Virus record (IMG/VR): IMGVR_UViG_3300025408_000002
Origin: an uncultured virus (IMG/VR IMGVR_UViG_3300025408_000002)
Lineage: Duplodnaviria; Heunggongvirae; Uroviricota; Caudoviricetes
Length of the DNA: 27,529 nt
Reading direction: 5' to 3' (one strand)
Below the pieces are notes generated by a model that was given only the letters and a program-made list of their open reading frames with translations, was not told where the DNA came from and did not search any database. Of this stretch, positions 16,192 to 27,529 are shown piece after piece; within the stretch, counting starts at the first letter, position 1; the number at the start of each line of letters is the position of its first letter. The translations under genes and the position numbers were made by a program.

Positions 16192-16812
16192 TAGCCTGTT
16201 GAACAAATCCGTGATTTGAATCGAACCCACCTATGTTAGCCCCGGAATCAAATGTCCAAGACGACAAGAACTGTTGTTCTCAACCGCAGATGGAGGCGTT
16301 GGTGGCTCACCACTTTGACCAAGAACACGAGGATTCTGGAAAGCAACGAAACCATGGCGTATTTCACAACCGCAAATTCTGGTTTCCGAGTCTAGCAACC
16401 AAAGCGGACGCGAATATGAGGCGAGAGCGTCTGAAGAATCGAGAGCGAATCCTCGCAGCGCGAAGCGATGGCGCGTTCGCTCGGGAGGTTCTCGAAAAAT
16501 CCGATTAACAACATCTTGAAGTGTACGGCGGGATCGATACCGGGATAGCCGCGGTCGGAACTGGCGAAGTACGGAGCGCAGAAGTCGCGGGTTTTTCGGA
16601 GGAAATCCAATTCCTCGAGCAATGCTTCGGAGGCGTCCCAGAACTGCGTCGCCGAACCACGGCGCAATTTGCCGGTCGGAACCCACAACTCGGGTTGGAT
16701 GGGTGGCTCTTTCTTCCTGAACATCGGAACTCGCGACGGAAAATGAACTTGTTTACGATAAACAAGATAACGATATCTTATGAGAATTTAAAGAGAATAC
16801 TTCAACAGGCTG
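16192..16812 (-). mobile_element. Internally deleted IS1182-like (IS5-related) element, ~620 bp
   Basis: Terminal inverted repeats AGCCTGTTGAA (16193-16203) / TTCAACAGGCT (16801-16811) enclosing a transposase fragment. Confidence 0.85.
16392..16724 (-). pseudogene. Truncated transposase, N-terminal DUF772-like domain only
   Basis: GYPGIDPAVHFKMLLIGFFENLPSERAIASRCEDSLSI motif; no DDE domain follows. Confidence 0.85.
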
Positions 16813-16846
16813 ATAGCAGATAGCCAAGCAAGGAGATACCCTACAC

Positions 16847-17467
16847 ATGTACCACAATTGGTTGATTGCTGTTGGTTTCATTATCCTTTTGGTAGGTTGT
16901 GAACATCATACCCTCCACATGGAGGGTTATCGAATCGCAGATGGTTGTTACATATGGCGTGTGGTCAATTATGATAGCACAATTTTGGATTATGATGACA
17001 CCACACGGGTGGTTCTGGACTATGAAAAAATGAGTAGAACACGGAAGGAGTTAGCATATCTTGAGTTGGCAATTGCGCTTCAGTCAGAAATCGAGGTCTG
17101 CAGTAGTTGCCTCGATATTCCAAGCTGGTTGGAATATCATGATAGTGATGGACCATCATTCGGTGAGCTGAGCGCCGATACCAACTATACTGCTATCGCC
17201 ACAGGTGGGAGTTGCTCGCTTTGTGGCACGCTGTGGGATGGCTCCAAACTTGTTCCCAAAAGTGGGTCCAAAGCAGAGAGAACCGCTGACAGCTTGGTCG
17301 TTCACCGATTCCAGTTGCTTACAGCCTTGCGATCAAAATTGAAGATTAGGGTGGATCCAGCACAGCTAGAGTTAGAACACCGACTCCGACAAAGTTTATT
17401 ACGTATTCCAAATCCAGAAGAGGGAAATGAACCACTCGGTGTAATGATTGAATACCTGAATCCGTGA
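16847..17467 (+). CDS. Lipoprotein of unknown function with two CxxC motifs (206 aa)
   Basis: RBS AAGGAG; IILLVG|C lipobox; CSSC and CSLC. Confidence 0.75.
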   Translation: MYHNWLIAVGFIILLVGCEHHTLHMEGYRIADGCYIWRVVNYDSTILDYDDTTRVVLDYEKMSRTRKELAYLELAIALQSEIEVCSSCLDIPSWLEYHDSDGPSFGELSADTNYTAIATGGSCSLCGTLWDGSKLVPKSGSKAERTADSLVVHRFQLLTALRSKLKIRVDPAQLELEHRLRQSLLRIPNPEEGNEPLGVMIEYLNP

Positions 17468-17650
17468 GTCGCGCCATCTGCGCATCCCAAATATCCTGAT
17501 CGAGAGTGACTTCCGAGATGGCCAGTTCCTTTCACATGACCGATTCGATTTTTATGACGATTTCACGCACTGAATATATCGGATATTATGATCATGTACA
17601 TGCCGGAACGGCTCCAGTGTTCGGAGCGAAGGTATTACTTCAACACAGAA
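17455..17650 (+). repeat. 196-bp direct repeat, copy 2
   Basis: See copy 1; begins in the last codons of the 16847-17467 gene. Confidence 0.95.
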
Positions 17651-17891
17651 GGGGGAGCTTCCTCAGAGCGACGAGAGAAATGCCGGCGTCCAGGCATTAT
17701 GCTCGCACACTCGCAGGATCAACTGGCCCGCGTGAGAGACCACAACACCGGCGTGCGTATACACGCTGAATTTGTACTTCAAGCGCATTTTCAAACTGAT
17801 CGAGACTAACTGAAGCAGATATTTGCATGGCATGGAGTGAAGTGTTTTGTAAATAGTAATTACGATTAACCGTACATCGTCAGGAGAGGAT

Positions 17892-18527
17892 ATGCGAACA
17901 TTGTCAAATAGATCAAGTTATATTCTGATATCCGTCGTCGGGATATTGTGTATCATCATATTCTATCTGATGACTAGAATTGAAGAACTGGAGACAGAAG
18001 GCGCAAGCATGGAGGCAGCGCACAAGGAAATGAAGGGCAAAGTTATTCGTGAACTGCTCAGTAACATGCCAGGGGTTTATCTGGAAGCGGAACATCACAT
18101 GCGGCGCGGAGAAACGAGGGATTTCACAATTAATATTCACGGGATGGGGGATTCGGTCCAGTTCGCTACTCCACCGGAAGTTATTGTGTTTAGGAATGGA
18201 GTCAAAGTTCAGAAGCTTCGGTATCCGGACCAAATTCGAGACTCGTTTTATATTTATGAAACCAGCAACCGTATGCTGCGATTCACATGGACTGCTGATT
18301 ATGGCCCCGGAGTGTATGAGCTGTGGATTAATGTGGAATCGAACAAGGTATCACTACAGCCATCTGTCGTAGGCGCTGAAGCAAGAGTAAGGATCGGTTC
18401 TCTGGAATTCTCAAGGCGCGAAATCAAAGAGGCAATACATCTTTCAGATGATGAGGAGCTGTATATTCAGGATTCGCGTGATAGGAGAATTCTTCCGGAT
18501 AACAAAGCGATAATTATCGTGCATTGA
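17892..18527 (+). CDS. Membrane-anchored hypothetical protein (211 aa)
   Basis: RBS AGGAGAGG; N-terminal TM helix, short coiled coil, beta-rich C-terminus. Confidence 0.75.
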   Translation: MRTLSNRSSYILISVVGILCIIIFYLMTRIEELETEGASMEAAHKEMKGKVIRELLSNMPGVYLEAEHHMRRGETRDFTINIHGMGDSVQFATPPEVIVFRNGVKVQKLRYPDQIRDSFYIYETSNRMLRFTWTADYGPGVYELWINVESNKVSLQPSVVGAEARVRIGSLEFSRREIKEAIHLSDDEELYIQDSRDRRILPDNKAIIIVH

Positions 18528-18612
18528 TGAATGTCGTCACGATTCTGCTCGATGCATTTTAAGGGGCTCCATTGGTTCATTATCGCCATGGTGCTCCCGC
18601 AACGCCTCCATC

Positions 18613-18632
18613 CGCGGTTGAGGACAACCGCG
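18613..18632. repeat. REP-like palindrome
   Basis: CGCGGTTG-AGGA-CAACCGCG perfect 8-bp stem, imperfectly extendable; intergenic. Confidence 0.4.
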
Positions 18633-18804
18633 CTTGTGGGCGTGGACAGTTGATTCCGGGGCTGCCATAAGTGAATTAGATTCAAAATGGTAGATTGTTT
18701 AGCAGGTTGTTGCAATCTCTGACTATGTATATCAGAGTACCGTTAGTGGCATCGCAAGATGACTGTAAAATTAAATATTTATAATAGAAATAGCTAGCCA
18801 AAAA

Positions 18805-19428
18805 ATGCGAAACATGAATATTCTCGACAAACAAATTTATCAATTTAGAGACAGGATGGTTGCAGATGTTGGAGTTGAAGAGCGGTATTTGGCCGTAATA
18901 TGCACGACAATATACCAAGAGCTCTCTGTGCTGAAAGCGGAACAGTTAGATAAGATAGAATTCGCTTCGCCTGTCAAGTTGGATCTCCGAATCGAGGAGC
19001 TAGAAGCCTTCAATATGATGATGAGCAGAGTAAATAGACAATTAGCAAGCATCCCAGAAATTGTGCGCGCCCAAGTAATAGTTCAGAATTATATTGCGTT
19101 TGTTTACCTGAAGGATAATTGTTTTGACGTGGCAAAAAGAATCGTTCCTCAAGACTCACTTCTGAGAAGGCTTTGTAAGTTTCTGCTGAACAACCCTGTG
19201 AGGGCATTTAGAAATTCTATTGCTCACGGTAATTGGCAGTACACCTCAGACTTTACAGGTATAAAATATTATGCATATAAAGGTGAGAGCAAGCCTTGCG
19301 TTGAATTAGAAGAGATGTCTGAGTTTGTTGTTAAAAATGATGAATTGGAATTCTGGCAAGCACTTTCAAGGGCGACAGCATACACCATTTACACATGCAT
19401 TGTCGAAAACAGGGAAATGCGACAATGA
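18805..19428 (+). CDS. HEPN-motif hypothetical protein (207 aa)
   Basis: Helical AT-rich ORF with FRNSIAHG (R-x4-H); alternative start at 18814. Confidence 0.75.
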   Translation: MRNMNILDKQIYQFRDRMVADVGVEERYLAVICTTIYQELSVLKAEQLDKIEFASPVKLDLRIEELEAFNMMMSRVNRQLASIPEIVRAQVIVQNYIAFVYLKDNCFDVAKRIVPQDSLLRRLCKFLLNNPVRAFRNSIAHGNWQYTSDFTGIKYYAYKGESKPCVELEEMSEFVVKNDELEFWQALSRATAYTIYTCIVENREMRQ

Positions 19429-19550
19429 ATCAAGTTCGACAAGTTTGCATTAGCGGACTGTTGAAATAACTAGATTCCGTGAACAATGGAGAAATCAGAC
19501 AGGATACGGCATTAAAAACTGACGAAACCCGACACTTCTGCAGGCTGTTA

Positions 19551-19979
19551 TTAATCTAATGGCTTCACGTTGCGGATGGTCCAATACTCTGTGAAATGGC
19601 GAGCGGAGACAATATGATATACCCCATCCTCACCTTTGGCATAGATAACGCCGCGAGTGTCATCCGGTACTGACTCAGCACGAATCGCTTCATGCACGGG
19701 ATTGTCGCATGCGTAGAAGATGGGATCTCCATTGTTGCGCGCCGTGAGAGTGCCGCGATGCATCAATTGTCCGTTGCGAAGAACGCGGCCGCAGGAGCAC
19801 ACTCTATCTACCTTTGCGCTGTCCTCGCAGGCCTGGATTTCTGCAACATCCCTGCTGGTGTCAACGGTCTCCTCGATTTTAGTCACATTCCTTTCGAGAT
19901 CAATGGGCTCTTTCGTCCCGCAGCCATCGATCACGAAGAGCACGGCTATTGTGGCGACGATGAGAATGGTGGTTTTCAT
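19551..19979 (-). CDS. Lipoprotein of unknown function (142 aa)
   Basis: RBS GAGGAG; MKTTILIVATIAVLFVIDG|C; CSC...C..H cluster. Confidence 0.75.
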   Translation of the reverse strand: MKTTILIVATIAVLFVIDGCGTKEPIDLERNVTKIEETVDTSRDVAEIQACEDSAKVDRVCSCGRVLRNGQLMHRGTLTARNNGDPIFYACDNPVHEAIRAESVPDDTRGVIYAKGEDGVYHIVSARHFTEYWTIRNVKPLD

Positions 19980-20080
19980 GGCGGTCTCCTCAGTGCGTGT
20001 CGTCCCGGTTTGCGAATTCAATCGCAATCGTTCGAGATGGAAATGTGGCAAATCATCTGGCGAAAATCAAGAAGGCTCAC
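19915..20080 (-). repeat. Shared upstream region + RBS + lipoprotein signal module, copy A
   Basis: Aligns with 20590-20754 over ~165 bp, including an identical GATGAGAATGGTGGTTTTCATGGCGGTCTCCTCAGTG core. Confidence 0.9.
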
Positions 20081-20210
20081 GGTGGTCTGTCTGATTTGTC
20101 TGGCGTAGTCCTGCACTTCGACAGACTAAGAGCTTTCCGCGATGGGACCCGCAGTATCACTCCAGCAGGGCTTTCTGGAGTACCTTTTACATGAGGAAGG
20201 GTTACTTGCG

Positions 20211-20654
20211 CTAAAGGAAGGTTGTATCGACTTTTTCTATCCCATGCAGCCTCATGCGCTTCTGGATGTCGATAACTCGGGACATGCCCGTGGTATCAAC
20301 CCATGCGTGAAACACGCTGTCATTTACCGGATACAGCATGATTCCATGCTGACGCGGAGTACTATGTCCACTTCCAGGTATATACCCATCCACAACTTTA
20401 AAACCGTCGCGATACTTTTCCGCGTCGCGGATGCTGGGAAATGGATAGGTGTACCCACGTGCAGACGGCATGCCGTGATACCAGGATGTGGAATCCATCC
20501 ACCGGTCGTACAGCGCAATCTCTTCTGGTGTGGGCATAATCAGCGAAGGCGCTATGCCCACAGCGCCTTCGCTGTTCGGGTCCGGCTTTGTCCCGCACCC
20601 CTCGATCACGAGCAGCGCGGCTATTGCGGCGATGATGAGAATGGTGGTTTTCAT
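20211..20654 (-). CDS. Lipoprotein of unknown function (147 aa)
   Basis: RBS GAGGAG; MKTTILIIAAIAALLVIEG|C. Confidence 0.75.
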   Translation of the reverse strand: MKTTILIIAAIAALLVIEGCGTKPDPNSEGAVGIAPSLIMPTPEEIALYDRWMDSTSWYHGMPSARGYTYPFPSIRDAEKYRDGFKVVDGYIPGSGHSTPRQHGIMLYPVNDSVFHAWVDTTGMSRVIDIQKRMRLHGIEKVDTTFL

Positions 20655-20754
20655 GGCGGTCTCCTCAGTGTGCGGCGTAGCGCCGTGCGAAGTCAATGTA
20701 ATCGTTCGAGACGGGAATGTGGTAAATCTTCGGGCGAAAATCAAGCAGGTTCAC
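20590..20754 (-). repeat. Shared upstream region + RBS + lipoprotein signal module, copy B
   Basis: See copy A. Confidence 0.9.
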
Positions 20755-21122
20755 TTCCAGCATGTAAATGGGAGTACCTTCCACTCAATCAAGGTATCGT
20801 GGCGCTCGACAACGCGATTATTGCGATACGCCACGCCAACGGTGGACTCAGCAACGCCATTCCATAGGAGCGGACAAAATTCAAGACTGGTACTATTCAG
20901 GGACTATGTCTCCAAAGTTGGAGTCGCTGTATTTGACGGCATGCAGCTTCCTGCGTTTCCCAATGGGGGCGATTGATAGTCAACAAAGTCTCGACGGCGA
21001 CCTCCACTGTATATATAAATGTTGGCGTATGCACCCACGATTGAATCGTGCTAATAATATCTCGGCTGAGGCCACAATTGGATGTTGGTAGATATACTGA
21101 ACTCGTTGAATTCGATGGTCAT
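20751..21122 (-). pseudogene. Possible decayed gene (124 codons, two in-frame TAG)
   Basis: ATG 14 nt downstream of the preceding minus-strand gene; one frame fills the whole gap apart from two TAG codons. Confidence 0.3.
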
Positions 21123-21136
21123 TGAGCCGACTCTCT

Positions 21137-21505
21137 TCATTTTGTCTCTCTCGCATCTTCTTGCACCTCCCAGAATACAAGCCCCTGATCGTCATAGGAA
21201 TTGTGGAAGATGAATGTGTTCTGCTTCCACCGCTCAACATACCTGAAATTGCGATCAGTTGCTATTTGATACCTAAGGATCGTAACGGCTACTCTTTTAC
21301 CGTCGTGGTTGTACACTCGCCCGTAGCGTCTACTGGGTTCCCCGAACATCCGTTTCACCTCGGACTCGGACATTCCCAATCTAAGATTTAGGATGTTCTC
21401 ATCGGTAAACGCGTTCTTGACCTTCAGCGTACGCTGTGAGATTGGATGTATGCCACATGATGAAAGAACGAGGAGTGATGAGATGAAAATAATCCGCGCA
21501 GCCAT
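21137..21505 (-). CDS. Lipoprotein with SmpA/OmlA (BamE)-like domain (122 aa)
   Basis: LVLSS|C lipobox; NILNLRLGMSESEVKRMFGEP motif; starts 3 nt after the protease stop. Confidence 0.8.
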   Translation of the reverse strand: MAARIIFISSLLVLSSCGIHPISQRTLKVKNAFTDENILNLRLGMSESEVKRMFGEPSRRYGRVYNHDGKRVAVTILRYQIATDRNFRYVERWKQNTFIFHNSYDDQGLVFWEVQEDARETK

Positions 21506-21508
21506 GGG

Positions 21509-22942
21509 TTAATCCTTCTTCTTCAGTATCTCTTTGAAGTACAAATCGTTGTAGTACGGCTCAAAATCTACGTAAATTCGTTCCAATGCCGGTTGAGGAA
21601 CCACGACAACGGTAGGCTCATCAGGAGACTCGATACTTGTAACCACGAATACGACATGAGGGAACACGCCATCCTTCGAGGGGAAAAACAAGGTTGGATC
21701 ATACTGATAGAAACCATATCGAGCCATGTCCTCTCCGTAATAGACCGCAGCACTGCTATTTTCTGGCACTGGCATCTGAAGAAACGGCATGCTTCTGTTG
21801 ATTTCCTCACAATATTGATCATTTACATACAATTTTGCGTCTTTGAAGTCGGCCTTGTACTCCATTTTATACGCACCTTGGTAGGTCTGGTGGTTAATAC
21901 CAGCCGCAAACGCCCCAAGCGCATTTGCAATGGCGCTTCCAGTGGTGACTCCAGTTTCTGGGTAGAAGTAGACATTCACCACGGGATCGAGATTTCCGGT
22001 ATTACCGCGCCACCCCTGCATGTCATCGAAGAAATCGTATCTTTCACCGCCTTCAGCAGATCCTTCCATCTCTCTCTCGATACGACCCTGAGTCACAACA
22101 GCTTCACCGCCCTTCTTCATTGCGTATTCCATTGGTGGCGTGGTGAAGAATATCTTAAAAGCACCTGTATTCGTCTGGCCGGTAATGGAGTAAAAATCGG
22201 GGTCTCGCTCCTCACTCACTGCGCTCCACACCAATTCCTCAACGGGATACACTTCACTCGGCATCACAGGGTACAGAATAAACGGCGGTGGCTCATGATC
22301 TGGATGCTCACACATGGCGATTGCATCCTCAATCATCTTGGAAGCTTGAGTGATGACGACGCTCCCCGCCACCCCTGCACCAGTTCCATCCGTGTCCAGA
22401 AACGTGTTCACTGCTATGACTTGACCATCGAGATTCAGCATCGGGCCACCAGAGTTCCCGTGATTGATGTTCACATCACTGATGATCACGTCTCGCTTCA
22501 CTTTGCTCACGATTCCAGCAGTTACAATTCTTATCTGGCTCAGGGGACTACCAATGGCGAGGACTCTTTCGCCTTCGTAGGCGATGGGTTCTGCCTCATC
22601 GAATAGTACAAGTGGATTGAGGTGCGCAACCGCCTCTGGTGCGACTTGCAGGATTGCAATATCGAGTACCTTGTCGATAAATATCGGTAGCCCCGGCACT
22701 TTCATCGTATCATTGATCTGAACGCGTAGCTTCACAGATCCTGCAATAACGTGGGCATTCGTTACAACAAGGCCAAACTTGTGAATCAGAAAACCGCTCC
22801 CAGAACCCATGTCACCCTGAATCGTGAAAACACCGTCTCGGTATTTCTGAAAGATTTTCGCTTCATCTGAAATCGATCTTTGTGCCGTCAAATATGAAGA
22901 CGCAACTAGACCAAACAGTATACAGATCAGCGATTTACGCAT
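21509..22942 (-). CDS. Secreted trypsin-like (S1C/HtrA-type) serine protease without recognisable PDZ domain (477 aa)
   Basis: Start moved to ATG 22942 (RBS AGGAG; signal peptide ..YLTA|Q); GSGF, TNAHV, DIAIL, GNSGGP triad motifs. Confidence 0.9.
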   Translation of the reverse strand: MRKSLICILFGLVASSYLTAQRSISDEAKIFQKYRDGVFTIQGDMGSGSGFLIHKFGLVVTNAHVIAGSVKLRVQINDTMKVPGLPIFIDKVLDIAILQVAPEAVAHLNPLVLFDEAEPIAYEGERVLAIGSPLSQIRIVTAGIVSKVKRDVIISDVNINHGNSGGPMLNLDGQVIAVNTFLDTDGTGAGVAGSVVITQASKMIEDAIAMCEHPDHEPPPFILYPVMPSEVYPVEELVWSAVSEERDPDFYSITGQTNTGAFKIFFTTPPMEYAMKKGGEAVVTQGRIEREMEGSAEGGERYDFFDDMQGWRGNTGNLDPVVNVYFYPETGVTTGSAIANALGAFAAGINHQTYQGAYKMEYKADFKDAKLYVNDQYCEEINRSMPFLQMPVPENSSAAVYYGEDMARYGFYQYDPTLFFPSKDGVFPHVVFVVTSIESPDEPTVVVVPQPALERIYVDFEPYYNDLYFKEILKKKD

Positions 22943-23410
22943 AATCGATCTCCTTGAAGAGCATATCTCCACTAATTGAAGCCCTATGAGTGCGATTGAG
23001 ATTTGATGTAATTCGTACCTGCATAAAGACGGTGCTTGGCTTTGACTCCCCACCACAGCCCGGCACAATGAGGCGAGGCGTGCGGGTCTTTGACTCGGTA
23101 TAGTCCACCATTGGCACTCCACTGACTCTGGCTTGACACAAACCTCATCGATGCCACCGGAAGTTTTTAACCGTAATCCTTCTGGGACACATTTGAGGGG
23201 TGTATTCGTTGAGAAGAATGTACGAGATCAGGATGCTATTGGCAAGTGGATAGTGCACCATGTCCAGAATCTCCATGCCGGGCTTGCGCATATTCCGACA
23301 GCTGCTCTGTCGTCATCCAGCAACAAAATTAATGGTATTCGCTGGAAAGCAATTGAGTTATCCCGACGAACGTCGGAACATCACCTGTCGGAACATCACC
23401 CACGCCCACC

Positions 23411-23439
23411 TTGTCTTTCACGACAATTTTGGCTAATTT
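23411..23439 (+). promoter_or_regulatory. Sigma70-type promoter upstream of the R-M operon
   Basis: TTGTCT-17 nt-TAATTT, related to 7481-7509; preceded by tandem GTCGGAACATCACC x2 (23372-23400). Confidence 0.4.
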
Positions 23440-23576
23440 CAGCCATTGTTGCGGTGGCGGCGATGGGCTGGAGGCCGAGGAAGATGGTGGTTGGTCGGCA
23501 TGAGGTGCCCGGGTTTTTTGTGTAATTGGCTGCGCGCTGCGACGGAGTGCTTGCATCGCCGGCAGGGGATTGAGTA

Positions 23577-24230
23577 ATGAACTATGTCAAGTCCAAACAG
23601 CGCGTGGCCGATCACGGAGAGGTTTTTACTCCGCCGTGGATGGTGGAGGCTATGCTCAACCTTGTGAAGGGCGAGACGGAGCGCATTGACGCGCGCTTTC
23701 TGGAGCCGGCGTGCGGGAGTGGCAACTTCCTCGTCCGCATCCTGCAACGGAAGCTCGCCGCTGTAGAAGTCAAGTTCGGGAAGTCCGACTTCGAGAGGCG
23801 GCATTACGCTCTTCTGGCTGTGATGTGCACCTATGGAATCGAACTGCTGGAGGATAATATCGCCGAGTGCCGCGCGAATATGCTGGAGATCCTTGCCGAC
23901 TATCTGAACGTGGGGGAGGCGGACGATATCTATTGGGCTGCTTCCTATGTGCTGTCGCAGAATCTTGTGCACGGCGACGCGCTGAAAATGCGCAGCAGCG
24001 ACGATCAGCCCATCACCTTTGCGGAATGGGGCTATCTCGGCAAGGGCAAATTCCAGCGTCGCGACTTCCGCCTGCACGATCTCGCCATGTCGTCGGCCTT
24101 CAGTGCGGAGGATTCGCTCTTCGCCCACCTTGGCAAGCACGAAATCTTCACGCCGACGCGGACCTATGCTCCGATGACGGTGCGTGAGCTGGCCGCCGCA
24201 GCTGGTGGTGCCGCGAAGGAGGTCGTATGA
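23577..24230 (+). CDS. Short N6-DNA-methyltransferase-like subunit (SAM-binding half only, 217 aa)
   Basis: GEVFTP and FLEPACGSGNF present; no NPPY/DPPY; ATGA overlap with the next gene. Confidence 0.88.
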   Translation: MNYVKSKQRVADHGEVFTPPWMVEAMLNLVKGETERIDARFLEPACGSGNFLVRILQRKLAAVEVKFGKSDFERRHYALLAVMCTYGIELLEDNIAECRANMLEILADYLNVGEADDIYWAASYVLSQNLVHGDALKMRSSDDQPITFAEWGYLGKGKFQRRDFRLHDLAMSSAFSAEDSLFAHLGKHEIFTPTRTYAPMTVRELAAAAGGAAKEVV

Positions 24231-25793
24231 GCGCCCAGGCAAGCTTCGCGCTCCGCGGTCGCAACCCGGATGTGCTGACCTGCATTGCGAATCTCTCCAA
24301 CGACGAAGTGTTCACGCCGCCGGAGTTTGCGAATAGAATGCTGGACACGCTGGCCGAGGCCTGGGCGGCGGCCAACGACGGCGCGAATATCTGGGCGGAC
24401 AAGACGGTGCGCTTCCTCGATCCGTGCACCAAGTCCGGCGTCTTCCTGCGCGAGATCACCATCCGCCTCAACAAAGGCCTTGCGGCCGAAATCCCTGACC
24501 TCGAAGAGCGCGTCAATCACATACTGACCAAACAGGTGTTCGGCATCGGGATTACGCAGCTCACGAGTTTGCTGGCGCGGCGCAGCGTGTATTGCTCGAA
24601 GCATGCCAAGGGCAAGCACTCCATCGCCAAGGGCTTTGCCAGCGACGCGGGCAATATCTGGTTCGAGCGGCTCGAGCACACGTGGATCGGGGGAAGGTGC
24701 AAATACTGCGGTGCAGGCCGCTCCATCTTCGACCGAGCCGACGGCCTGGAAACCCACGCCTACGCGTTCATTCACACCGAAAACATCAGAACTCGACTTG
24801 CCGAGATCTTTGGAGGCGATATGCAGTTCGACGTGATCATCGGAAACCCGCCGTATCAGTTGGCGAGTGACGGCGGTACACGGGATATCCCCATCTACAA
24901 CAAGTTTGTGGAGCAGGCGAGGAAGCTCGAACCTCGCTATCTCTTGATGGTTATCCCATCTCGGTGGATGGCGTCTGGTCTCGGACTGAGCGATTTCCGC
25001 AAGACCATGCTCGAAGACAAACGTATCTCAAGACTGGTGGACTACGAGCGCATGGATGAAGTTTTCCCGGGCGTGGATTTTGAGGGCGGCGTGTGTTATT
25101 TCCTTTGGGATCGTGATCATGCGGGCAAATGTGAATTCACCACAGTCAGTGCCGGAGAAGCTATCGGACTTATCGCGCGCGATCTGGACGAACACGACAT
25201 CCTCGTCCGCGACATTCGAGGTTTGGACATTCTTGAGAAGGTGCGTTCGGCAAACGAGCCGTCGATTATTGAAATACTGTCCGCAGACAAAGAATTCGGT
25301 TGGACCTCGAATTTCGACGGATTTCACCAAAGCAAAAAGCCGACGGATATAGCGCTTTACTACTCGCGTGGCGGCAAACGGCTTGTCGGCGGCATCCCAC
25401 GCAAGCATGTCACCAAAAGTTCGAATCTCATAGATACGTGGAAGGTGATGACTCCAGCGGCTTATGGTGAGCGAGGGGCACGGCCTGCGATGGTGCTTGG
25501 ACCAAGCTTTATCGCTGAATCACCATCAGTTTGCACGCAGACCTACCTGTTCTTCTACGTGTCCTCCATGAATGAGGCGGAAAGCCTTCAAAGCTACCTA
25601 CAAACTCGTTTCTTCCGCTTTCTGGTGTCACTACGGAAAATCACCCAGCACGCAACTCGCGCAACCTACACGTGGGTTCCACAGCAAACGTGGGATCGCG
25701 TCTGGACGGACGAGGCGCTCTACAAGAAATACCGCCTGAGTAAAATCGAGATCGCTCACATCGAGGCCAGCATTCGTCCGAAGGCCAGCGACG

Positions 25794-25801
<8 letters not shown>
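24227..25801 (+). CDS. Eco57I-type N6-adenine DNA methyltransferase with C-terminal target-recognition region (524 aa)
   Basis: DEVFTP, FLDPCTKSGVFL, FDVIIGNPPY, IPSRW, GGVCYFLW. Confidence 0.92.

Positions 25802-27529
<1,728 letters not shown>

Noticed and set aside
12375..17650. DGR template/variable repeat pair
   Set aside because: Mismatches are not confined to adenines of one copy, the repeat is mostly non-coding, and no reverse transcriptase is present
20751..21122. TAG read-through or alternative genetic code
   Set aside because: TAG serves as a normal stop in other genes of this window (e.g. those ending at 3143, 6164 and 7035), so ordinary pseudogenisation or chance is more likely

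Overview
GC-mosaic accessory region from a probably GC-rich FCB-group (Bacteroidota/Ignavibacteriota-like) bacterium. The host call is inferred from signal peptides with Gln at +1 and dense D-(S/T) sequons. There are four blocks. (1) 1-7060 is the tightly packed + strand end of a prophage-like operon. Its tail-fibre-like proteins unexpectedly carry Sec signal peptides and many Bacteroidota-type O-glycosylation sequons, and the largest is also Cys-rich. A minimal subtilase-like protein, two paralogous lipoproteins and a membrane protein follow. (2) ~7650-16170 is an integron-like cassette array: a heavily decayed tyrosine-recombinase C-terminus, an attI-like site and at least five single-gene cassettes separated by degenerate attC-like sites. 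The cassettes are PD-(D/E)xK-like, stand-alone UvrD helicase, putAbiC-like, HEPN-like and PD-(D/E)xK nuclease, so this looks like a frozen array of candidate anti-phage genes. (3) 16190-23100 holds an internally deleted IS1182-like element, lipoproteins, a HEPN-motif gene, the second copy of a 196-bp duplication, two lipoproteins sharing a promoter/signal-peptide module, a BamE-like lipoprotein and a trypsin-like protease. (4) 23577-end is a three-gene R-M operon (truncated MTase-like, Eco57I-type N6-MTase, partial GIY-YIG/SF2 helicase endonuclease). All family calls come from motifs read by eye; no searches were run.
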